Shown one piece after another: positions 26,899 through 40,110 of a stretch of DNA of 64,000 nucleotides; positions within the stretch are counted from its first letter, which is position 1; each line of letters starts with the position of its first letter. Source of the stretch: Octopus bimaculoides. Its lineage: Eukaryota. Location of the stretch: positions 36,990,886-37,054,885 of the forward strand of contig NC_069002.1 in NCBI RefSeq assembly GCF_001194135.2, given 5' to 3'. The notes beneath the pieces are model-generated. The model searched no databases and was not told where the DNA came from. It worked only from the letters and a program-made list of their open reading frames with translations. Both the position numbers and the translations under genes were made by a program.

Positions 26899-27883
26899 TT
26901 TACCAGCATTTACAAAAGCAGTGAGGGTAGAGCTGGTTGGTTAAGAAATTTGCTTTACAAATTATTTTGGATTCAAATCCACTGCAGGATACTTTGGGCA
27001 AGGGTCTTCTACTACAGCCTCAGTGGAGCAAATATTCTACAATTGAAATTTGGCAGATGGAAACTGTTGAAAGCCTTTCATCCATCCATTCCAACAAACA
27101 TACTCACTGCTACCCCACCGCCACTACCACCACCACCACCACTGGGTGCTTTTTCTATAGCCACCTGCCCTTCCTGTTGCCAACTCTTTCCTGTTTCCAA
27201 GCAAGATAATATTTCTCCCCACAACTGGATGTGTTTTCCACAGAAGACTAAAAACAAGGAGGACTCTGTATGAAAGCAATACTCATTTACAACTATTGCA
27301 CGATGTCCAGACAAAAAGACACAGAACACACAAACACACACATGTTGTACAATGAACCCCTTTCAAGTTCTGTCCACACAATTCACTCATAAGGTTTTGA
27401 TCAACCCTGGGCATTAGTAGAAGACACTTGCCCAAGGTATCATGCACGTGGTTGGGAAGCAAACCTTTTAACCACACAGCTATGCCTACACCTACCATGG
27501 TTGTGCCTCCCAAAGCCCTATGCAGGTCACTGGGGCATCCTTGATGTCTTCCTATTCATACAATGTATCCCAGCTATATCATCCTAATAGAATCAACTCT
27601 CTGCACCACATTATTGACCGTGTCATAATGAATAAATAGGGTCTAGGGTCTGAGGCCCAGAGACCCACAGAAAAATCTTGTGAATGTCTGATGAGGGGCT
27701 CACACCCTCAAAAAAAATTTTTAAAAAAGAAACGGGTTCTCAAAGTCCATTTGAATTTTGAGAGGATCTCTCCTCCCTTCTGTTTTCTCCAACCAAACCC
27801 CACTCGTTACAGAATTCACTGGGAGCAAGTAAGGATTACGGGGCTCAAATGGAAGTTGAACCTGCATTGCAAATTCAACTTAC

Positions 27884-28105
27884 TGGGATCTGACCCCACT
27901 TTCTCCACTTGGTGGACCTTAACATTTCCCAACAGGGTCCTCTCAGAATCAGAATGTTCAATATTAAATTTTATTAAATTAAATGTTATGAAATTTGATA
28001 TTAAATTTAATAATTTGAAGAACTCATCAGCCTCGTTGTAGCTGTTATACCCACGTCTACCCCAGAGTACATTGATAAAGAGGACAGGCAAGCTATATAG
28101 GTTAT
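27884..28105 (-). CDS. Candidate coding exon (222 nt, phase 1 to 1)
   Basis: Acceptor TTTTACATTGCAG, donor CCCA|GTAAGT, open for 73 codons: NLYSLPVLFINVLWGRRGYNSYNEADEFFKLLNLISNFITFNLIKFNIEHSDSERTLLGNVKVHQVEKVGSDP; no family recognised. Confidence 0.35.
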
Positions 28106-28559
28106 CTGCAATGTAAAATATGTAAACAAATTAATGTTGCAACTTCAGAATGAATGAAAGAAATGTAAATGCAGACTGAGAGGATGTAGCAGCCAAAGAC
28201 GCAATAATAATAATAATAATAATAATGATGATAATAATAAGTGTGGTGGAACAATGTTATTTCAGTCACAGCTCCACACCAAACAAACATGAGTCAGTGA
28301 CCTCGTCAGCTGTCAGTTTGTGATCTCTAAAATTCCAGCAGCAGAGATAGCAAGATTCAAGTGGGCTGGAGAGAGAGAGGGGGAGAGAGAGAGAGAGAGA
28401 GGTGGAGGTGAGAGGGAGGAGGAGGAGGAGAAACAGACAGTTGCTTGCTGCCAAAATGCTGCTGCTGTTCACGAAAAAACAATGAGTTTCAAAAGAGGAG
28501 TTACTAACAGAAAGATGAACAACAATAATGCATGTTGTTGTGTTGTTACAACAAAGTAC

Positions 28560-28586
28560 CTTGGTAGAATATATGGGACCCTGCAG
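28560..28586 (-). CDS. Candidate microexon (27 nt, or 21 nt with the alternative acceptor at 28580)
   Basis: Branch consensus TACTAAC, then TGTTTTCAG|CTGCAG|GGTCCCATATATTCTACCAAG|GTACTT. Confidence 0.3.
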
Positions 28587-29736
28587 CTGAAAACAGTTAG
28601 TAAAGCTATACAGCTTGTTAGATTAGATAGAGCAGACAGGCAAGCGAAAGAGGCGGCCTACACAAGGGTGCAAGATCTGCAAGAAATAACAGCCAAATCT
28701 TCAAATCACATTCTACAAGCTTTCCCTTAAAAAAAAGGAAAATGGAAAGACACATGCAATAATGTAGTCCTACATGCATTATACCTGGGGGGGGGGGAAT
28801 GGGTTATTAAGAGCTGGAATGCTTTTGACCACAGGTCTGCTCAATCAAGGCTGACCTGTGGCTAAACAACAGTAGCCTAGGACATGCGACAGTTAACGAA
28901 ACTTCACTATAAAGTTAGAGCATATTAAGCAACTGTGACCATCATTTCCAAACCCTTTAACATGTATGTAACCTTCTGCCTTATACTCTAAAGAGGCTTA
29001 TCACAAAAGTTCATGTACAATACATGTTTGGGGCCTAAATATTCTTAAAGACCTTGTATGATCATTTATAACATGGAAAGTTACATAACTGCCACGAGAA
29101 AGGATAATCTATGATAATCCAAAATATTAGTGTTTAATATTTTGTTATTTATAAAATAGATATTTATTAATAAAACGATCTGATAAAAATGAATTGTAAA
29201 TAGTAAATGAGTTAAATCTTTAATCTTTCACTTGTTTCAGTCATTAGACTGTGGCCATGCTGGGGCACCGGCTTGAAGAATGGTTTAGTCCAATGAATCA
29301 ACTCCGGTACTTTTCTTTTTTTTTTTTATTTGGTTAAGCCTGATACTTATATTATTGGTCTCCTTTTGCTGAACTGTTAAGTTATGGGGGACGTAAACAC
29401 GCCAACACCAGTTGTCAAGCAGTGGTGGGGGACAAACACACACACACAGATATATGCATATATGTATATATATAAATATATATGTATGTATATATGTATG
29501 TGTGTGTGTGTGTGTGTATATATATGCAATAAATTGAGAAGTGGTGACGAGTGACAATTCTGTAAATAATAATAATAATAGTTATAAGCTTAAAACTTTC
29601 CATATACATGCAGAAAACCCCCTTTTTTTTTTAAATCGAGGGCTTATATACCCCATTACTAGACTATTGTCTTCAGTCAATGCAGTGATTGCTTATAAGC
29701 TATAAGCTTATAAAAAATATTACCATTATTTATAGA

Positions 29737-29791
<55 letters not shown>

Positions 29792-31329
29792 ATGGACTTC
29801 TTTCAGTTTTCACCAACCAAATCTACTCATAAGGATAGGTTCTGATATTAAGAAGTTGCACCATGCACATAAACAAGAGAGTAACATTTTCTTTTACTTG
29901 TTTCAGTCATTTGACTGCAGCCATGCTGGAGCACCACCTTGAAAAGAAAGCAGGGAATCAAGCCCCAGTCTTCCAAGTGACAGACATGTAGGGATACTTA
30001 CTACTATACTACCGAGAATATGTACACCTTCAAAGACAAGAAGCAGATGGTGAAAATGTGATAAGTGATCAGTAATGGTGCCACTTGCACAGGTAAAATG
30101 GTTCAGACAGAATTTGCTGAAGTAGACTTTCTATGCCAGAGGGTCCTCTTATCATCGACCCTCTCCTGTTTCCAAGCAAAGTAATATTTCCCCATACGTA
30201 GAAGATTGAAAACAAATAACACTGCTTTTAAGACAGAGATGCTCACCTCGATTACAACTATGCACAAGAAGCCACAAACACACATACACACACAAATATG
30301 TACACATGTTGGAATAAGCTTCTTTCAGTTTTCATCTATGAAAATCCATTCACAAGGCTTTGAGTCAGCACAAGGCCATAGTAGAAGACAGTGCTCAAGG
30401 TACCCTACAGCAGGATTGAACTCAAAAGCATGCACAAAAAACAGTGAGCATGTTATGTATGGAGGGTTTTAACAGGGTCTTGCCTAACCTCAGACCCTCA
30501 ACACTTGATGGAGTCATAGGAACTCTGTTGTGACACATGGCATGTGTTTGGACATTTTTAGACCTAATGGCGTCCATCCATCTCCAGGTTTTGCCTCAGA
30601 TGATTTCTTCAAGAAATACACAGACAGACAGACAGACAGACAGACAGAAAGAACTAGTGATAGAGGGAAAGAAGAAGAGACCCGAGTACAGGACTGGTAT
30701 TTTATCTTTCAATTCTGAAAGGATGAAAGGTAAAGCTGACCTTGATGAGATTTGAACTCGGAGCACAAAGAGCTGAAAGATTACAGCAAAGCAATCTATC
30801 GGACACTCAACTGATTCTGCCAGTTGGCAACTTTATAAGAATCTAATAAAAAAATATTTTTGTTTTTTTTTGTTTTTTTGTTACCATTTGGATGAACTGT
30901 GTTTATTAACAAAGAAAGAATGGAGTCTCTATGTGGTCACTTGCCCTATTCGAAACAACCAAACCTCCCTCAAAACACACACTACCTTTCTTGGACTGTG
31001 TGGTGCTGAGCTTTCCTGCACACAGGTAAAAGGCAGGAATGTCTTTGATCACAGGTCTGCTTGATCAGGCTTCACCTGGAGCCAAACAACAAAGCTTGTC
31101 ACAAGTCAATGTGTTTGCTTGACCTGCAAGAAACTGCAGCTAGATTCCCCTCAAATCATACACTAGGATCTTTTAAAAAAAGAGACGACTAGATTGGATA
31201 ATGTAATTTTAGAAAACCCTAAAATAGCAGGATGGTCATGGTTGGAATACCATTAACCATCGGTCTCCTTTGCTCAGGAATGGCTGGGGGTTAAACAACA
31301 CTTAACATAACACTAGGATTGTGTGCTAG

Positions 31330-31697
31330 TGGCCCGTAAATAGCACCATTTGAGCGTAATCGTTACGAGCGTTGCCTTCCAGCACTTGTGCTGGTGGCAC
31401 GTTAGAAAAATCATTCAAGCTAGGTCGTTGCCAGTGCCACTGGACTGGCTCCCGTGCAGGTGGCATGTAAAAAACACCTTTTGAGTGAGACTGTTGCCAG
31501 TACCGTGTGACTGGCCCTCGTAAAAGCACCCACTACACTCTCGGAGTGGTTGGCATTAGGAAGGGCATCCAGCTGTAGAAATTCTGCCAAATCAGATTGA
31601 AGCCTGGTGCAGCCTTCTGGCTCGCCAGTCCTCAGTCAAATCGTCCAACCCATGCTAGCATGGAAAGCGGACGTTAAACAATGATGATGATGATAAT
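31330..31697 (+). mobile_element. RTE LINE 3' UTR/tail
   Basis: Same tail as the RTE at 54075-54358 (CACTACACTCTCGGAGTGGTTGG...CATGGAAAGCGGACGTTAAAC(GAT)n). Confidence 0.85.
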
Positions 31698-32133
31698 GGT
31701 AATATCAAAAGGAGTTGTTTCAGTTTAATTCAATAAGTAGAAATGTGGTGAAAATGGTGGTGATGGGGGTGGAATCGAGAGGGGGGGGTGATCGAGGGGT
31801 GATGCAAAGGTAGTGGCAGCTGTTATTGTTGTTGTCATTGTCATCGTCATCATCATTGGGGATCACACAAAAGTGGTGCCTTAGCATCAGAAAAAGAACC
31901 CTATGCGATATGTTCTAGCTCTTTCATAATGTAATCCTATGTTCCCTGCACACAGAGTTCAAATCTCGCCAAGGTGAACTCTGCTTTTCATCCTTCTGAG
32001 AGAGGGGGGGGGGTCAATAAAATAAAATAAAACACCAGTTTAATACTGGGAGTTAACATAATCTAACAACTGTGTGTCTCTCTCTCTCTTCCTGCAAATT
32101 ACTATCTTTGTGTCCTAAATTCAAAACAATTAC

Positions 32134-32148
32134 CAGGGACCACAACAG
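32134..32148 (-). CDS. Candidate 15-nt microexon
   Basis: ATCTTTTGCTCTCTCAG|CTGTTGTGGTCCCTG|GTAATT; TGC just upstream of the acceptor; a 113-nt GT-AG intron links it to the donor at 32262. Confidence 0.3.
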
Positions 32149-32261
32149 CTGAGAGAGCAAAAGATGCTGGTTGGAGAAGAGTTGCGAGATCAGATTGCAT
32201 CACCGAGAAGCAGCTGTGCTAAATCTTGCAAAACGTCACTAAACAGCCTTGTCCCATTTAC

Positions 32262-32367
32262 CTGGCAGCGAATGGTAAAGAGAAACGTTTAAGGTTTTAA
32301 TATGAGGAGAACGACAGTAAGGAAACAGCAAGAGGATATTGTTGTGGTTGTTGATGCTGTTGTTCAT
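32262..32367 (-). CDS. Candidate first coding exon (106 nt, ends phase 1)
   Basis: AATC-ATG start, open frame MNNSINNHNNILLLFPYCRSPHIKTLNVSLYHSLP, donor CAG|GTAAAT. Confidence 0.25.
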
Positions 32368-32397
32368 GATTTGCCCCAGTCAGTTCATACAACCACC

Positions 32398-32443
<46 letters not shown>

Positions 32444-34340
32444 CACTGCCAACCACCCAACCCATGATTATTAGTCACAGCTTCTCAACCATCATCAGAC
32501 ATTAATCCATCATTAAGAAAAAACTAATAAAAAAAAAACAGCCACAAAACAAAACAAATATTCAGAGAAGTTGGAGGAGAAGGAGGAGGGGGTGAGACGT
32601 GGGGGGGTCTACTTCTCTGTCTGGCTGGTTTCTCTTTCATATCTTCTCCTACCACCACCATTGTTTCCACTGCCACCACTACCATCACTACCAACATCAG
32701 CAAGAAGCACTGCAGCCACCACTGCTTCCACCACCACCACCACCACCACCACCACTGCCTCCACTTCCATCATTTCCACCACCACCACCACTACATTCAC
32801 TACCCATTACACCCCACCATTTCTGGAATCCTTTTTTTTTATTATCTATATATTTACTATGTGTGACATCTTGATGTCAAGGGGTCAAGGGACACAAACA
32901 CATTCGCACACACACTCACAAAGGCTATATACACACCCTCACGTGCAGGAAAATGCATAGAAACGTCATATACAATAACAGATATGCAAACACACATTGT
33001 GTGGAGATACATACTTTTGAAAAGTACATACATGTAGTTACACACAGCCGGCTCGTTTCGCTCACTTGCTTACACATATATATACATACATACATACGTG
33101 TGTGTGTGTGTGTGCATAGACACACACATGTAAACACATATGGTAAATATAGATATACATGCACACATATGTGCAAGGTTGCATACACACAAAGTAGAGA
33201 TGAATGTGTATAAAATAAAGCACAAATGCATTGACGTATGTACACATGTACGTATAGAAACATATACACACATACAGAATAATCAATAGAATAAATGTTA
33301 TAAATAGCTCGTTCTTAAGTTGTGTGTGTGTGTGTGTGCATGCACAAAAAAAGCAAGGAGAGGATGAAACAAGGATGTGTGAACGGTTGTCTAAGCCAGT
33401 GGGGGGTGTATTAAGTGTGAGGCTTGGAATATGGGGTGGGATCCTCGTGATAAAAATGAACATGCATTGGCTTGTGTCAGGAAATATCAAAACAAACAAA
33501 CAAACAAATGGAGCAGTTTTGCATTTCATTTGTCTCATCTATCACCCATTCTAGAGATGATGACAAATGATGCTGTTGTTGATGATGATGATGATGAGGG
33601 CAGCAACGATGACAGTAATGTTCTATAATGATGATGACACAATAATTAGATAATGCTAATGATGACGATGACAACGACGACGTCACGCTTTCAATTCCCT
33701 GCTGGACCCTAACTGCTTCTAATGCTGAGTTCCTAATCTATGGATGCATGGAATCAACTCCTTCTTCTAACTTTTTAAATGCCTTTTTTTTTATTAAATG
33801 TTCCCAGAGAACGCATGAACACTACAACTTGCCAATTACTGTGGTACCCTTAAAAATAAACATCAAGCTTCATATCAATTTTAGAGAACCGCATCCAGGA
33901 TCTGATTCCCAATTCTGGCCACCAATTTTCATTTAAGCCTTTGGGAATACTCCCAGTCTTATTTCCTCGTTATCTACACAGAGAAAATCAATACTTTTGA
34001 ACTTAAACAACACAATGATGCTTTATGATATCTATATGTGAATATCATATTGTTTAGCTCCAAGTCAGCCCCTAATTTGGTGGACCTATGATCAAAGATT
34101 GGTCTGTCCATTCTTTTGTCTTTTTTTTTGCGCATCTAGGACTACATTATTTGAAGTATCTTTCCTGTTCTTGTAGATTGGGTGAGATTTTGAGGGCATT
34201 AAGCTGCTACTTCTGAAGCCACAGAAAAGACTTGTGTACTACTTAGCAGTTTTGTGTTCAAATTCTACTCAGCTGTAGTCCTTGCTTTACACTTGATTCT
34301 GGCAGTGTCGTTAAAAATTAATAAATAGATACATATAAGT

Positions 34341-34720
34341 AGGTGCATGCATGGCTGTGTGGTAAGAAGCTTGCTTCCCAACCACATGATTCCGGGTTCA
34401 ATCTCACTGCATGGCACTTTGGGCAAATGTCTTCTACTATAGTCAAAAAACCTTCTGAATGGATTTGGTAGAGGGGAAACTGAAAGGAAACCTGTCGTGT
34501 GTGTGTGTCTGTCTGTCTTGTCCCATACCACTGCTTGACAACTGGCGTTGGTGTATTTACATCACCATAACTTAGCAGTTCAGCAAAAGTGATCAACAGA
34601 ATAAGTACCAGGCTTAAAAAATAATAAATACTGGGGGGGTCAATTCACTCAACTACAAATTCTTCAAAGTACTGCCCCAGCATGGCCACAATCTAATGAC
34701 TGAAACAAGGAAAAGATAAA
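34341..34720 (+). mobile_element. Near full-length SINE family B with internal (TG)n
   Basis: Head TGGCTGTGTGGTAAGAAGCTTGCTTCCCAACCACATG, centre GCACTTTGGGCAAATGTCTTCT, tail CAGCATGGCCACAATC..TGAAACAAGGAAAAGA. Confidence 0.9.
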
Positions 34721-34851
34721 AGGCTGAAGGTATAAACACCAGATACAACAGATCAATCCAATTGATTATTATGTTTTGCCCCAGCAATAATTGATTTTTT
34801 ACCTACGAAAGATGTTTTCCCTTTTGTTGCTAGCAGCAAATTTCATGTACG

Positions 34852-34884
<33 letters not shown>

Positions 34885-35439
34885 ATTGGTATAAGCGTTT
34901 AAGAATGCATAGTAAACATTATAGTATTCAAATTTCACGTGTGTCAATCAGATTGAAACATTATACTTGTTGTTATTGTTGTATTCGCATCAGATGGATC
35001 GACAACTATCAATCAACGTTAATATTACTATTTCTAAATAATAATAATAATAACTAGCATGACTAACACTAAGACAATAATTATGACCATCACTGTAGTT
35101 GTCATCATCATCATCATGACCACCACTACATATATCAACATTCTTGTCATCATCATCATAACCATTGCAACCATTATTACCACCACAACCACTATTGGTG
35201 GCGGGTCTACTACTACTACTACTACTACTACTACACTGCTGCTGCAGTTGTTCTAAGAGAAACTAACCACGCAATTAGTAAAAATTGTAAGTGGGGAGTG
35301 GAAAGGATTAAAAAAAGGTGGATGGGTGGGCGTACAGATGGATAAAAACGGATAGACACAGCTAGACAGACGAGCAAGCAGACAGATAGATGTAGATGGA
35401 TGAATGGAGGGGAGGAGAGAGGGAGGGAAGCACAGGTGG

Positions 35440-35716
<277 letters not shown>

Positions 35717-38179
35717 GGTGTGTGTGAGAAAGAAAGGGGAAATAAAAAATATTAAAACTGGAGAATAAATGGAAACAGTTAGCCCCACCCCTCTCGTATG
35801 CAGACACCCCATTATATGTTCAGTCTATTTTGGGGTATTTCTAAAAAGAAAAAATGCAAACAAAAGTGAAGAGAAAATAACTAAAATTAAAATAAACAGT
35901 ATGAGATAAACTATATAAACAAGTTTATTTATATCCATGACATTCACCTCTGAACAAGCCTGAAAAATCAGTTCCACATCAATAAAACAGATTTTCTTTA
36001 GATAAGTCAACACAAATCCACTGAGCGTTGAGGGTGTCGCGGTTTAGCACGAGATCAGCCCTGACTGAGTTGATCTAAGATGAAAAGCATTACAGGTGTA
36101 AACCAGTCCATCTGTCTGCCATTGAATCACCATAACCTAAGACTGAGTTACCTTTTACTGGTTACTTGCTTTAGGCATTAGACTGTGGCCATGCCAGGGC
36201 ACTACTTTGAGAAATTCTAATTAAACAAATCAACCCCAGTACCTTTTTTTTTTGTCTTCTCCTTAACCCTTGTACTTATTCTATCATCAGTCTTTTTTTG
36301 CTGGAAGTTCAGTTACGGGAACATAAACACTTCAACACTGGTTGTCAAGTGGCAGTTGAGGACAAACTCAAAAACCAAACACACACACACACACATATAC
36401 GATGAGCTTCTTTCTGTTTCCATCTACCAAATCCACTAAGAATTTCAACACTTTTCTTTTTTTGTTGGTTAGTGTACAATTTTTTTTCCTTAAAGTCTAG
36501 CTTCTAACCTACAAGACATCATCATCATCATTGTACACATCACCATTGGATATTCTCTTTCTATGCTGGCATGAGTTTGACAGGTCAACATAGAGTCCCA
36601 GTCATTTCTTATTGGGAGCAAGTGTTTCCATGGACTGGTGCTCGTATCTGCCACTCTGCTTCGTTTCTATGACGAAAAGCACTTCCTATCACTTACCATT
36701 TTACAGAGTGTACTGAGTACATTTTCTAATGGTGCCAACACAAAAGAGGTTGAATAACCTTCATTAAGACAGAACTATAGGGGCCTCTCAGCCAGATGCT
36801 TTCTCTGCTCCTTTGCCAAATGCTTTCCAATGTGTACAGAGTGCATTTTGCCCCAGCAGAGGTTCACCAATTTCTCTAGAGGTGGCATGATTTGTCAGTT
36901 TTCTATCATAGTACAATCACAATAAATATTCTCGTGTCACTTCCTCCTTTTGAAATCACACTGTAAGAGACAAACTAAATTCTTGTCTTGTTCAGCTCAA
37001 TGAATCATAAACAGAAATCAAAACCTATTCTCCCAATTCTGTGTATTTTTAGCAATTTCACTAACTTAGTATTTTTTTAATATCACAAAGTACCTTAAGG
37101 TAACGAACTGGCAGAATCATTAGCACACCTGGCAAAATGCTGAGCAGTAGTTTGTCCATCTTTACATTCTGAGTTCAAATACTACTGGGGTTGACTTTGC
37201 CTTTCATCTTTTCGGGGCTGATCACTTACCCCCTCCCACAAAATTGCTGGCCTTGTGCCAAAACTTGAAACTAATATCACAAATTGTCTTGATGTCAGTT
37301 AAGACATCTATTGACTTTCAAGAACTATGTAGATTGTTTATCTTTTATTTTCTGCTTGTTTAGCATAAGACTTTGGCCATGCTGGGGCAGTGCCTTAAAC
37401 CAACCCCAGTCCTTTTTTTATGCTTTTTTAAAATTCTATTGATCTGTTTTGCTGGACCACAAAGTTACGTGGACATAAATACACAAACACTGGTTATCAA
37501 GCAGTGATGGAGGACAAACACACACAAACACATATATGATGAGCTTCTTTCGGCTTCCATCTACCAAATCTACTCACAAGGCTATGGTGGAAGACACTTG
37601 CCCAAAGTGCCACACAGTGGAACTGAACCTGGAACGATGTAGTTGGGAAGTAAGCTTCTTATCACACAGCCACGCCTATGATATATTCAAATTACATTTA
37701 CTGCAACAGTTGCTATTGATATCACAGGGAAAATAAAAAAGATTTGGAGGTCTTTATCAATGTCACACAGTGACCTGCTTCTTGCTTCAATGACTGGATG
37801 TTTGTAATTCTTTGTGTGCAGAGATCAGTTTATGAGACATTCATACATTTACACACAAAGCATGCTTCAAACGTTCATTTATTCAATATGTTGCTTACTA
37901 CAAATGGTTCAATATTGATGGCCAGTAATGATCGAGATCACCTTATTCATACTCCCCACCCCCCACCCCACCCTCTACCGTAAATATCAATCACAACAAT
38001 CATTGCTCTTTCATGACCTGCAACGGAGTAGATTTCTACAGTACAGGAGGAAGATTATATGTGTTTGTTTGTGTGTGTGTGCATATGTGTGTGTACCTAC
38101 ACATATACATATGTAAATACACACACACACACACACACATACATATATATACTTCTATACACACATACATATATATACT

Positions 38180-38250
<71 letters not shown>

Positions 38251-38286
38251 TTATATACACACATACATATATATATACACACACAC

Positions 38287-38318
<32 letters not shown>

Positions 38319-38360
38319 CATATATACTTATATACTTATATACATACATATATGTGTGCA

Positions 38361-38393
<33 letters not shown>

Positions 38394-39628
38394 CGGGGTA
38401 ATGGCGCTAAGCAGTGTTTACGTAAGATCACAATTTAGGTTATTTGAAATATGTTTGTCGTATTTCAACTGCTTAAGGCAAATACACTGCAGTTACTGTG
38501 GAGAAAAAAATCTCTCTTACGGTAAAAAGGTGTGAAAACACCTTGTTCGTTCAGTGTTGCCCTCTTTTGGGAATCTCAGACATCGATGTTTCAGAGTTGC
38601 CTCTCTTAACTACATCTCATCGACAAGTGTCAATAACATATTCCAATCAATCTAAATTATGAATATATACATACATAAAGACTTTCNNNNNNNNNNNNNN
38701 NNNNNNNNNNNNNNNNNNNNNNNNNNNNNNNNNNNNNNNNNNNNNNNNNNNNNNNNNNNNNNNNNNNNNNNNNNNNNNNNNNNNNNNNNNNNNNNNNNNN
38801 NNNNNNNNNNNNNNNNNNNNNNNNNNNNNNNNNNNNNNNNNNNNNNNNNNNNNNNNNNNNNNNNNNNNNNNNNNNNNNNNNNNNNNNNNNNNNNNNNNNN
38901 NNNNNNNNNNNNNNNNNNNNNNNNNNNNNNNNNNNNNNNNNNNNNNNNNNNNNNNNNNNNNNNNNNNNNNNNNNNNNNNNNNNNNNNNNNNNNNNNNNNN
39001 NNNNNNNNNNNNNNNNNNNNNNNNNNNNNNNNNNNNNNNNNNNNNNNNNNNNNNNNNNNNNNNNNNNNNNNNNNNNNNNNNNNNNNNNNNNNNNNNNNNN
39101 NNNNNNNNNNNNNNNNNNNNNNNNNNNNNNNNNNNNNNNNNNNNNNNNNNNNNNNNNNNNNNNNNNNNNNNNNNNNNNNNNNNNNNNNNNNNNNNNNNNN
39201 NNNNNNNNNNNNNNNNNNNNNNNNNNNNNNNNNNNNNNNNNNNNNNNNNNNNNNNNNNNNNNNNNNNNNNNNNNNNNNNNNNNNNNNNNNNNNNNNNNNN
39301 NNNNNNNNNNNNNNNNNNNNNNNNNNNNNNNNNNNNNNNNNNNNNNNNNNNNNNNNNNNNNNNNNNNNNNNNNNNNNNNNNNNNNNNNNNNNNNNNNNNN
39401 NNNNNNNNNNNNNNNNNNNNNNNNNNNNNNNNNNNNNNNNNNNNNNNNNNNNNNNNNNNNNNNNNNNNNNNNNNNNNNNNNNNNNNNNNNNNNNNNNNNN
39501 NNNNNNNNNNNNNNNNNNNNNNNNNNNNNNNNNNNNNNNNNNNNNNNNNNNNNNNNNNNNNNNNNNNNNNNNNNNNNNNNNNNNNNNNNNNNNNNNNNNN
39601 NNNNNNNNNNNNNNNNNNNNNNNNNNNN

Positions 39629-39678
<50 letters not shown>

Positions 39679-40053
39679 TTATATATATACATATATATAT
39701 ACATATATATATATACATATGTACTTATATATATACATATGGCCGATAACAGTGCCACCTGATTGGCACTCATGCCAGTGGAATGTTAAAAGCACATCTG
39801 AACGTGGGGTGTAACCAGCCCACTTATGAGTACCTCTCATTCATTGGGCAATGAACTTTGCTTGCGAAGACCAAGTGAGGCAAGTGAAAACAAATCAAAA
39901 TTGCTGATGTGGCCAATGACAGTACCGTCTGATTGGCACTTGTGCCAGTGGAACGATAAAAGCACATCCAAGCATGATCATTGACAGGGCCACGTAGTGG
40001 CTCCTGTGAGATAAAAAAACCAAGGCTGTGTATATTTTAGAACATTTATAAAT

Positions 40054-40110
40054 AGGTCTTACAGCTGTTTCCAGAATATAATAAATATCCTGGAAACAGC
40101 TGTAAGACCT
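40054..40110. repeat. Perfect 21-bp inverted repeat with 15-nt spacer
   Basis: AGGTCTTACAGCTGTTTCCAG (40054-40074) / CTGGAAACAGCTGTAAGACCT (40090-40110). Confidence 0.9.

Noticed and set aside
27691-28041. 116-aa plus-strand ORF
   Set aside because: Exact antisense of the minus-strand exon candidate, with S/T/L/F-rich composition typical of a shadow ORF
28320-28730. 136-aa plus-strand ORF with a KYLG (PTB-like) word
   Set aside because: Includes a (GA)n tract and ends inside a common repeat (from about 28670); no convincing plus-strand splice sites
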